DNA of 64,000 bases. Origin: an uncultured Trueperaceae bacterium. Lineage in GTDB: Bacteria > Deinococcota > Deinococci > Deinococcales > Trueperaceae. The stretch is from positions 704,001 to 768,000 of the forward strand of contig CAVSGP010000004.1 of the NCBI GenBank assembly GCA_963727505.1, read 5' to 3'. A program made the position numbers and the translations under genes. Numbering within the stretch: position 1 is the first letter of the stretch; the number at the start of each line of letters is the position of its first letter. Shown piece after piece: positions 39,096-47,065 of the stretch. The notes below the pieces were generated by a model, which made no database searches, had not been told where the DNA came from, and saw nothing but the letters and a program-made list of their open reading frames with translations.

Positions 39096-39833
39096 ATGAA
39101 GGTCACCGTCTACACCCTGTTCCCAAAGCTCGTCACCCCCTACCTGGACGAAGCGCTCCTTCATCGCGCCATCGAGCGGGGCTTGCTCGAGGTCGAGACC
39201 CGCGACCTGCGGCGCTTCGCCGGCAACCGCACCGGTCGCGTCGACGACGCCCCCTACGGCGGAGGCGCCGGCATGGTCATCCGCGTCGACGTGGCGGCCG
39301 CCGCGGTGCGCGAGGCGCAGCGGGACGATCCGCCTCCCGACGAGACGGTGCTGCTCTCCCCCGCTGGCCAGCCGCTCGATCAGGCCCTCGTCGAGCATTT
39401 CGCCGGCCTGCAGCATCTGGTGCTGCTGAGCGGTCGCTACGAGGGCTTCGACGCGCGCGCCGAGGGTCTCGTGACGCGAGAGGTGTCCGTCGGCGACTTC
39501 GTCCTGATGGGCGGCGAGCTCCCCGCGCTGTGCATCCTGGAGGCCGTGGCGCGGCTGCAACCCGGCGCTCTGGGCGACGCCGACAGCCATCTCCAGGACT
39601 CCTTCACCACCGGCCTTCTCGACTACCCGGAGTACACCCGCCCGCTGGCCTTCGAGGGTGCCGACGTGCCCGAGGTGCTGCGCTCGGGCCATCACGCACG
39701 CATCGACGCCTGGCGGCGGCGCGAGGCGCTGAAGCGCACCCTGAAACGGCGCCCTGACCTGTTGGAGCGCGCACCTCTGGACGACGAGGACCGCACCGTG
39801 CTCGCCGACCTCCGCACCGAACACGACGCCTGA
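39096..39833 (+). CDS. trmD: tRNA (guanine-37-N1)-methyltransferase
   Basis: VDDAPYGGGAGM, GRYEGFDAR, GDFVLMGGE, YPEYTRP. Confidence 0.96.
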   Translation: MKVTVYTLFPKLVTPYLDEALLHRAIERGLLEVETRDLRRFAGNRTGRVDDAPYGGGAGMVIRVDVAAAAVREAQRDDPPPDETVLLSPAGQPLDQALVEHFAGLQHLVLLSGRYEGFDARAEGLVTREVSVGDFVLMGGELPALCILEAVARLQPGALGDADSHLQDSFTTGLLDYPEYTRPLAFEGADVPEVLRSGHHARIDAWRRREALKRTLKRRPDLLERAPLDDEDRTVLADLRTEHDA

Positions 39834-39874
39834 AGACACCAGCAGGGCGGCACGCGAAGCCGGAACCGACAGCG

Positions 39875-39912
39875 ATCGGCCCCGCTGCGAAGTGCTTCGC
39901 GGCGGGGCCGAT
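39875..39912. terminator. Hairpin between convergent trmD and skp
   Basis: atcggccccgctgcgaag/cttcgcggcggggccgat inverted repeat. Confidence 0.7.
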
Positions 39913-39938
39913 GGAGTCGGACTTGCGGGCGGGCGCGC

Positions 39939-40493
39939 CTACTGACCGGACGAGCCTCCGGACCCCGAGGAGCCCGAGGCCGGGATGGCGCCGTCCTTCT
40001 TCATCTGGTCGATGACCTGCGGCGTGATGTCGAGGTTCTGGTCGGCGTAGACGACCAGCCCGCTGCCGCCGCTGCCCGCGGCCCGGGAGTCCAGCACGAT
40101 CGTGTACCCATCTTGCTGAGCGACCTCCTTGATCGCCGTGTTGACGGCGACCACCGCCGGCTGCGCGGCGCTCTGGATGTCGTTCTGGTACCGCTTCTGG
40201 ACAGCGTTGAGGGTCGTGACCAGGGTCTGGTAGCGCTCGCTCTCCTGCGGCGTGAGCTGCTGCCCCTGCTGCTGCTTCTGGGCCAGCGTGTTGATCTTGC
40301 TACGGATGCCGTCGATCTCGGTCTGGGCCTGCTGCTTGAGCTGGTCAGCCTTCTTGCCGGCGGGGTGGGCGTTGATCGCGGCCTGCGAGTCGACGAAGGC
40401 GACGTGGGCGGGCTGGTTCGGTACGCTCGGGCTGGCCGCCACCAAGGCGACGAGCAGCACGGCGGCGAGTGCGACGAGGGTGAGTCTCTTCAT
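39939..40493 (-). CDS. skp: OmpH/Skp periplasmic chaperone
   Basis: Signal peptide, VAFVD, coiled coil, GYTIVLD...VVYA...DITPQVI. Confidence 0.85.
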   Translation of the reverse strand: MKRLTLVALAAVLLVALVAASPSVPNQPAHVAFVDSQAAINAHPAGKKADQLKQQAQTEIDGIRSKINTLAQKQQQGQQLTPQESERYQTLVTTLNAVQKRYQNDIQSAAQPAVVAVNTAIKEVAQQDGYTIVLDSRAAGSGGSGLVVYADQNLDITPQVIDQMKKDGAIPASGSSGSGGSSGQ

Positions 40494-40627
40494 AGCGGGA
40501 GTAGTCTACCACCAGCATGATGAGAAGCTAGGTTGCAAGAGGTTACGTCTGTGTGCCGATCTCTCCCCTCTCCCCGCCCCGGGCCCCGCTCCCTCACCGG
40601 CTTCCGGCCCGTTCCGGCGGAACGTCG

Positions 40628-41776
40628 GTGAGCGCGGCAGTCGCGGTGCTGGCCGGCGTCCTCGGGGCGCTGGTCGGGAGCTTCGGCAATGTCGTCATCT
40701 ACCGCTTGCCGCGGCGCGAGTCGATCGTCTTCCCGGGCAGCCACTGCCCCACGTGCAACCACCGCCTGGGGCCGCTCGAACTCGTCCCGGTCCTATCGTT
40801 CCTGGCGCTGCGCGGCCGTTGCCGCGCCTGCGGGACAGCCATCAGCTGGCGCTACCCGGTGGTGGAGGCCGCCGTGGCAGCGTTGTTCGTGGCCCTGGTG
40901 CTGTACTGGCCCCCGCTCGACGTCGGGCTCAGCGCGCTGCCCTTGATGGTGGTGCTCGCCATGCTGCTGATGGCCGCGGTCATCGACCTCGACCACTTCA
41001 TCCTGCCCGACGCGCTCACGCTGCCGGCCCTGGCGCTGGCCGTGGCCGGCAGCATGCTCTATGCGCCAGGCTCCGGCCTGCCCGGCCCGGATGCCGCCCT
41101 CGCGGGAGCCGCCGCGGGCGCCGGCGTCCTGCTGCTGATCAACCGTCTGGGCGCCCTGGTGCTGCGGCGCTTCGGGGACACGCGCGAGCGCCTGTGGCCC
41201 ATCAGCCTGGACCAGGCCAACATCGCGGCGCTGGGTGGCGCGCTCGGAGGCTGGCAGATCGGGCTGGCGCTGGGCGCGGCCAGCCTGCTCGTCAACCTCG
41301 TCGCACGCCGCCCCGTACGCCTCCCGGAAGGACCGCTCTACGGTCTCTGGGCGGTCGCGCTGGTGCTGTCGACGACGAGCTTCACGATCCCACCAGCCGC
41401 TGCGCTCGGAGGCAGCGTGATGGCGGCCGGAACCTGGGCCATCGTCGGCGCCTTCTACTGGTGGCTACGGGACACGCTGGCCGGCGAGGACGGCGAGGCG
41501 GAAGCCGAGGACGACGCCGACGGCGAGCCGGTCGCGATGGGCTTCGGGGACGTCAAGCTGGCCGCGGTGCTTGGAGCCCTCCTCGGCTGGGAGGCGTTCC
41601 TGGTCGGGCTGCTGCTCTCCGTAACGCTGGGCGCGGTCGGGGGGATCATCGCCCGGATGTTCGGTGGCGACCGCGTCATCCCCTTCGGTCCGGCGCTCCT
41701 GGTCGGCGGCGTGCTGGCGTTGTTCTTCGGCCACGACATCGTCAACTGGTACCTGGGCCTGCTCGGCGTGGCCTGA
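40628..41776 (+). CDS. pilD: Type IV prepilin peptidase / N-methyltransferase
   Basis: GSFGNVVIYRLP, SHCPTC, GRCRAC..ISWRYP, MGFGDVKL, IPFGP. Confidence 0.92.
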   Translation: MSAAVAVLAGVLGALVGSFGNVVIYRLPRRESIVFPGSHCPTCNHRLGPLELVPVLSFLALRGRCRACGTAISWRYPVVEAAVAALFVALVLYWPPLDVGLSALPLMVVLAMLLMAAVIDLDHFILPDALTLPALALAVAGSMLYAPGSGLPGPDAALAGAAAGAGVLLLINRLGALVLRRFGDTRERLWPISLDQANIAALGGALGGWQIGLALGAASLLVNLVARRPVRLPEGPLYGLWAVALVLSTTSFTIPPAAALGGSVMAAGTWAIVGAFYWWLRDTLAGEDGEAEAEDDADGEPVAMGFGDVKLAAVLGALLGWEAFLVGLLLSVTLGAVGGIIARMFGGDRVIPFGPALLVGGVLALFFGHDIVNWYLGLLGVA

Positions 41777-41923
41777 GAAGACGCGCCGGACGCCGGCAGG
41801 ACGACGCGGGAGGCCGCTCACCGCGCGAAGCGACGCAAGCACACCGTGGTAGAGTCGGAACCATTCGCCCGGGCCGTCAGGGCCGCGCACGAGGCGCGAG
41901 TCGGGTCCCGGAGAGGGGTGCGC

Positions 41924-42871
41924 ATGGACGTCTTGCGAGTGCCGAGCCTGTCGGGGCGCGACCTGCTGTCGCTAGCCGAATTGAGCTCCGAGGAGTTCCA
42001 CGGCCTGGTCGACAGCGGGGTGCAGCTCAAGCGCGCCTGGAAGCAGGGCGATCGGCCCGAGCTCCTCAAGCACAAGACCATCGCCATGATCTTCGAGAAG
42101 CAGTCGCTGCGCACACGCTCCACCTTCGACATCGCCATGGCCCAGCTCGGCGGGCACTCCGTGCTGCTGAGCCAGAACTACATCGGATGGGGCGTTCGCG
42201 AGACCATCCGGGACGTCGCCCACAACCTCGAGCGCTGGGTGGAGGGCATCATGGCCCGCACCTACGGGCACGACACGCTCACCGCGCTGGCCCGGCATGC
42301 CGACGTTCCGGTCATCAACGCGCTGTCCGACCTGGCCCATCCGTGCCAGTTGCTGGCCGACTACATGACCCTGCGGGAGACCTTCGGCGAGCTGCGCGGA
42401 CTCAAACTCACCTTCGTGGGCGACGGCAACAACGTATGCAACTCGCACATCGAGGCGGCCACCCATGCCGGTGTAGAGCTGACCATCGCGTGCCCGGAAG
42501 GCTTCGACCCCGACGCCGGCGTCCTCGAACGCGCGCGGCAGCGCGGTGGCCACATCCGCATCGCGCGTGACCCACGTGAGGCCGCCGAAGGAGCCGACGC
42601 CCTGTACACCGACGTCTGGATCTCCATGGGCATGGAGGAGGCGGCCGAGGCCCGGCGCCGGGCCTTCGCCGGCTACACCATCACGCCGTCCTGGTTCGAG
42701 CTCCTCTCGCCGCACGGCGTGTTCATGCACGACCTGCCCGCCCACTACGGCGAGGAGTGCACCGAAGAGGCCGTCTATCACGAACGCAGCGTCGTCTTCG
42801 ACCAGGCCGAGAACCGCCTCCACGCCCACAAGGCCGCGCTGGTCCAGCTCCTGGCGGATCCGGAGGCATAG
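41924..42871 (+). CDS. argF: Ornithine carbamoyltransferase
   Basis: FEKQSLRTR, HPCQ, GDGNN, YTDVWISMG, H(D)LPA, QAENRLH. Confidence 0.9.
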   Translation: MDVLRVPSLSGRDLLSLAELSSEEFHGLVDSGVQLKRAWKQGDRPELLKHKTIAMIFEKQSLRTRSTFDIAMAQLGGHSVLLSQNYIGWGVRETIRDVAHNLERWVEGIMARTYGHDTLTALARHADVPVINALSDLAHPCQLLADYMTLRETFGELRGLKLTFVGDGNNVCNSHIEAATHAGVELTIACPEGFDPDAGVLERARQRGGHIRIARDPREAAEGADALYTDVWISMGMEEAAEARRRAFAGYTITPSWFELLSPHGVFMHDLPAHYGEECTEEAVYHERSVVFDQAENRLHAHKAALVQLLADPEA

Positions 42872-43948
42872 GTGAGCGGGAAGCTGCGCGTCGGCGTCCT
42901 GGGCGCGAGCGGCTACGGCGGCGCCGGCCTGCTCGAGCGGCTGGCGCGGCACGGCGGCGTCGAGCTGGTCGCCGTCGGCTCGCGTCAGTACCAGGGCGAG
43001 CCGATCGAAGCCTGCTGGCCCCAGTTCGCCGGGCTCTACCAGGGCATGCGTTTCGAGAGCAACGAGGCCGTGCTGGGAGCCTGCGAGGTGGTGTTCTGCG
43101 CCACCCCGCACGGCGCTACCGCGCCCCTGGTCGCGCAGGCGCTGGAGGCGGGCGTGTCCGTCGTCGACCTGTCAGCCGACTTCCGCCTCGACCCGGACAC
43201 CTACGCGCGCTGGTACGGCCTCGAGCATCCGCACCCTGCTCTCTACCCGCAGGCGCGTTACGGCCTGGTGGAGCTGCACCGCAACGAGCTGCCCGGCGCG
43301 CGCCTCATCGCCAGCCCCGGCTGCAATGCCACCGCCGCCAGCCTGGCGCTGGCCCCACTGGCCGCCACCGGCCACCTCGGTAGGAGCGCCGTGTGCGACG
43401 TCATGACCGGAGTGTCCGGCGCCGGACGGGCGCCGAGTCAGGCCATGCACTACACCGAGGTCAACGAGAGCGTCCGTCCCTACAAGGTGGCCGGAACGCA
43501 CCGCCACACCGCTGAGATCGAGGCCACCGTGGGCCGGGCACGTGCCGGCGGCAAACGCTTGTCGACCCATGAGCCCTTCACCCCCTACACCGTGAGCTTC
43601 AACCCGCACCTGGTACCCATGTCGCGGGGCATCCTGGCGACCTGCACCACGCAGCCCGTCGACGGCGACGAGCTGTCCGACAAGCGCCTTCTCGAGGTGT
43701 TCCGCGACTACTATGCAGACGACCCGATGATCGTGGTGCAAGAAGACCTACCGCAGACCAAGGCGGCCGCCGGTAGCGACCGCGCAGTGCTCAGCGTGCG
43801 CTACGACGCCCGCGCGCGCACCGTGGCGGCGTTCTGCGCCATCGACAACCTCGGCAAGGGAGCGGCCGGCCAGGCGGTGCAGGCGTTCAACGTGGCCTAC
43901 GGATTCGACGAGGCGGAAGGCCTCACGCAAGGGGGGATGTGGCCATGA
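42872..43948 (+). CDS. argC: N-acetyl-gamma-glutamyl-phosphate reductase
   Basis: GASGYGG, DLSADFRL, PGCNAT, GVSGAG, HRH..E, IDNLGKGAAGQA. Confidence 0.9.
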   Translation: MSGKLRVGVLGASGYGGAGLLERLARHGGVELVAVGSRQYQGEPIEACWPQFAGLYQGMRFESNEAVLGACEVVFCATPHGATAPLVAQALEAGVSVVDLSADFRLDPDTYARWYGLEHPHPALYPQARYGLVELHRNELPGARLIASPGCNATAASLALAPLAATGHLGRSAVCDVMTGVSGAGRAPSQAMHYTEVNESVRPYKVAGTHRHTAEIEATVGRARAGGKRLSTHEPFTPYTVSFNPHLVPMSRGILATCTTQPVDGDELSDKRLLEVFRDYYADDPMIVVQEDLPQTKAAAGSDRAVLSVRYDARARTVAAFCAIDNLGKGAAGQAVQAFNVAYGFDEAEGLTQGGMWP

Positions 43949-45093
43949 GAGTACCGATGGGATTCGAGATCGCCGGGGTGACGGCCGGATTGAAGGCGTC
44001 GGGCAGGCCGGACCTGGGCCTGGTGTACTCCCCCTACCCGCTGGCGTGGGCGCTGATGAGCACCGACAACGTGGTCAAGGCGCCGTGCGTGTCGCGCAAC
44101 CGCTCCCGCTTCACCAGCGGTGCGGCCGTCCGGGGCATCGTCGTGAACAGCGGCAACGCCAACTGCGCCACCGGCGAACGTGGCATCTGGGACAACGAGG
44201 ACGTGGCCGGCGCGGCGGCCTCTGCTCTCGCTCTGGCGCGCGTGCAGGACATGCTCACGGCCAGCACTGGCGTCATCGGGCAACCCCTGCCCGTCGACAA
44301 GGTTCGCGACGCCATCCCGGCGCTGACCTCGGCCCTGGGCCAGGACTCGGGCCCCTTCGCCGACGCCATCCTCACCACCGACACCGCCCCCAAGCAGGCG
44401 GGCGTCACGCTGCGCGGCGGGAGCCGCATCGTGGGCATCGCCAAGGGCTCGGGGATGATCCACCCCTCCATGGCCACCTTGCTGGCGTTCGTCCTCACCG
44501 ACGCCGACGTCAGCCAGGATGATCTCCGCGCCCTGTGGCCCGGCATCGTCGAACGCACCTTCAACCAGGTCACGGTCGACGGCGACACCTCCACCAACGA
44601 CATGGCAGTGGTGCTCTCCTCCCGGCAGATCGGCGCCGACCGGCAAGAGCTCGCCACGGCACTCGAGGAGGTGGCGAAGAAGCTGGCGCGAAAGATCGCG
44701 CGCGACGGCGAAGGGGCCACGAAGCTCGTGACGGTGAGCGTCTCTGGCGCGCGCTCCGGCGCGGAGGCCCGAGCCGCTGCCCGCACCGTCGCGGGCAGCA
44801 CGCTCGTCAAGGCGGCCGTCCACGGCGCCGACCCCAACTGGGGTCGCATCCTGGCGGCCGTCGGCCGGTCCGGGGCCGTGTCGGACCTGGCCAACCTCCG
44901 CATCGGCTTGCAGGGGGAATCCGTCTACCGCGGCACGGTGTTGCCCTTCGAGGCCGCTGCCCTGTCCGACCAGATGCGGGCCGAGGAGGTCCTGATCGAG
45001 ATCGATCTGGCCGCAGGCGAAGCGGTCGGCGAGGCCTGGGGCTGCGACCTGACCGCCGAGTACGTGCATATCAACGCCGACTACACCACCTGA
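43945..45093 (+). CDS. argJ: Ornithine acetyltransferase / glutamate N-acetyltransferase
   Basis: NSGNAN, STGVIG, KGSGMIHPSMAT, DGDTSTND, DGEGATK, INADYTT. Confidence 0.95.
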   Translation: MRVPMGFEIAGVTAGLKASGRPDLGLVYSPYPLAWALMSTDNVVKAPCVSRNRSRFTSGAAVRGIVVNSGNANCATGERGIWDNEDVAGAAASALALARVQDMLTASTGVIGQPLPVDKVRDAIPALTSALGQDSGPFADAILTTDTAPKQAGVTLRGGSRIVGIAKGSGMIHPSMATLLAFVLTDADVSQDDLRALWPGIVERTFNQVTVDGDTSTNDMAVVLSSRQIGADRQELATALEEVAKKLARKIARDGEGATKLVTVSVSGARSGAEARAAARTVAGSTLVKAAVHGADPNWGRILAAVGRSGAVSDLANLRIGLQGESVYRGTVLPFEAAALSDQMRAEEVLIEIDLAAGEAVGEAWGCDLTAEYVHINADYTT

Positions 45094-45101
45094 GCACGAA
45101 G

Positions 45102-45132
45102 CGGGGGGCGCCGGACGTACCGGCGCCCCCCG
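45102..45132. terminator. Hairpin between convergent argJ and lpdA
   Basis: 13-bp stem cggggggcgccgg/ccggcgccccccg. Confidence 0.7.
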
Positions 45133-45162
45133 GGCGTTCCTCCTGAGCCCTGGCTGGCCCGT

Positions 45163-46554
45163 TCAGCGCCGCCGGTTGGCGATGTGGATGGCCTGGCCGT
45201 GCGCGTGCTCGGCGGCCTCCATGACGGCCTCGGCGAGGGTCGGGTGGGCATGCTGGGTCAGAGCGATATCCTCCAGCGTGGCGCCCATCTCGATGGCGAG
45301 GGTAGCCTCGGAGACGATGTCTCCCGCCCCCGGCCCGACCATGTGGAAGCCCAGCAGCAGGTCGGTCTTCTCGTCCCCCACCAGCTTGACCATGCCCCCC
45401 TCCACGCCCAGCGTGGTGGCGCGGCCGGAGGCGGACAGCGGGAACTTACCGATACGCACGGTGTAGCCGGCGTCCCGCGCCTCCTGTTCGGTCATGCCGA
45501 CGCTGGCGTGCTCGGGGCTGGTGTAGATCACCGCGGGCACGATGGTGTCGTAGCCGCTCGGCTTGCCTGCGGCGTGCTCGGCTGCTGCCAGTCCCTCCTT
45601 CATCGCCTTGTGGGCAAGCAGGGGCGCGCGCGCCACGTCGCCGATGGCGTAGATGTGGTCGACGGCGGTCTGCATGTGGTCGTTGACGACCTTGACGAAG
45701 CCGCGGTCGTCGACTTGGACGCCGAGCGCCTCGAGCCCCAGTCCCTTGCCGTTGGGGCTGCGCCCGACAGCGACCAGGATCTTGTCGACCACGATGGTGT
45801 CGCGCTTGCCGTCGGCATCCTCCAGCACTACCTCGGTGCCCTTGGACGTCTTGTTCTGACTCACCGCCTTGGTCGACGTGCGGATCGCGATGCCCTTCTT
45901 CTCCAGCGCCTTGTGGAGCTCCTTGGAGGCGTCGACGTCGCCCAACGGAACGATGCGGTCCATCATCTCCACCACCGTCACCTCGGAGCCGAGCGCGCTG
46001 TAGACGTCACTGAACTCCAGCCCGATGGCGCTGCCTCCGATGGCGAGGAAGCGCTTCGGGATGGTGGTGACGCTGAGCGCGCCGGTCGAGTCGATGACAC
46101 GCTCGCCATCGAACTCGAAGCCGGGGATCTGGATCGGACGCGAGCCGGTTGCCACGATGAAGCGGTCGGCGGTGACCTTCTTGTCGCCCACGTTCAGGGT
46201 GTGCGCATCGACGAACGAGCCCTCGCCCTCGAGCAGCGTGACCTTGTTGCCCTTGAACAGCATCTGCACGCCGCCCGTCATCTTCTTGACGACGCTGTCC
46301 TTCCAGCCGTTCATCTGCTCGAGGTCGAGCTCGGGCTCGCCGAAGCTCACGCCGAAGGCCCCGGCGTGCTGCGCCCCTCGCAACTCGGCCGCCACGTGCA
46401 GGAGGGCCTTGGTGGGGATGCAACCGGTGTTGAGGCAGACACCGCCGACGGCCGCCTTCTCCACGCACGCCGTCTTCAGGCCGAGCTGCGCGGCGCGCAG
46501 AGCGGCGTGATAGCCCCCCGGGCCGGAGCCGATCACGATCAGGTCAAAATCCAT
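45163..46554 (-). CDS. lpdA: Dihydrolipoamide dehydrogenase
   Basis: GSGPGG, GGVCLNTGCIPTK, LAHKA, HPTLAE. Confidence 0.96.
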   Translation of the reverse strand: MDFDLIVIGSGPGGYHAALRAAQLGLKTACVEKAAVGGVCLNTGCIPTKALLHVAAELRGAQHAGAFGVSFGEPELDLEQMNGWKDSVVKKMTGGVQMLFKGNKVTLLEGEGSFVDAHTLNVGDKKVTADRFIVATGSRPIQIPGFEFDGERVIDSTGALSVTTIPKRFLAIGGSAIGLEFSDVYSALGSEVTVVEMMDRIVPLGDVDASKELHKALEKKGIAIRTSTKAVSQNKTSKGTEVVLEDADGKRDTIVVDKILVAVGRSPNGKGLGLEALGVQVDDRGFVKVVNDHMQTAVDHIYAIGDVARAPLLAHKAMKEGLAAAEHAAGKPSGYDTIVPAVIYTSPEHASVGMTEQEARDAGYTVRIGKFPLSASGRATTLGVEGGMVKLVGDEKTDLLLGFHMVGPGAGDIVSEATLAIEMGATLEDIALTQHAHPTLAEAVMEAAEHAHGQAIHIANRRR

Positions 46555-46840
46555 GGAAGCCTCCAAGGGTCGAGAGCTACGGTGTACCCCGGGCGAACGC
46601 CCGCCGGAACGACCGCGCGGCCGCCGCGGGTCCGCACCCGTCCGTGCGGGGCACGGTCCACGGGCGCGCGGCTCGGTTGCCCACCCAGTCTACCCTCCCG
46701 ACGGCCGCGGCCAGGATGCCGGAGCGTCGGCGGTTCGCCTGCTCCGGAGGGGCGTGGTGCCCCACTCGCGGCTTCGAACCCGGTCGACTCTGGCAGTGGC
46801 ATCTGGCGTGCGCGACGTCTCCGAGCGGCGGCCGGGAGCG

Positions 46841-46869
46841 TTGACAGCCTCGAGGCGACGGACTATCCT
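46841..46869 (+). promoter_or_regulatory. Sigma70 promoter of the leuS leader
   Basis: Consensus TTGACA, 17-nt spacer, TATCCT. Confidence 0.75.
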
Positions 46870-46875
46870 GCCTGC

Positions 46876-46944
46876 ATGGCGTTCCGCCGAATCACCTTCG
46901 TGCACTCACAGACGCGGCTAGCCCGCGCAAGGCCGGCAGGTTGA
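46876..46944 (+). CDS. Putative leaderless leader peptide MAFRRITFVHSQTRLARARPAG (leuS attenuator)
   Basis: ATG 6 nt after the -10 box; single CTA Leu codon; stop lies inside the antiterminator hairpin. Confidence 0.55.
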   Translation: MAFRRITFVHSQTRLARARPAG

Positions 46945-46970
46945 GCCCCCGGAAAGGGTGTGTTCACCGT

Positions 46971-47005
46971 CGGCCCCGATGCCAAGGCTCGGGGCCGTTT
47001 CCTTT
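46971..47005 (+). terminator. Intrinsic terminator (attenuator) upstream of leuS
   Basis: cggccccga/tcggggccg stem followed by TTTCCTTT. Confidence 0.75.
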
Positions 47006-47065
47006 GGCGCGACGCGCGAAGCACGTTCCTGAGCGCCTGGGTGCGCTCCGTATACTGGAGAGGTT

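Noticed and set aside
39834..39938. rplS expected after trmD
   Set aside because: Not present; separation of rplS from this operon is common and not notable
46755..46783. tRNA 3'-end-like string on the minus strand (GGTTCGAAGCC...GGGGCACCA), possible att site
   Set aside because: T-stem pairs poorly, no matching 5' acceptor, D or anticodon arm, and no integrase nearby
46950..46972. T-box riboswitch upstream of leuS
   Set aside because: GGGTGTGTTCACC lacks the UGGN-ACC bulge, and no Stem I or specifier loop is visible
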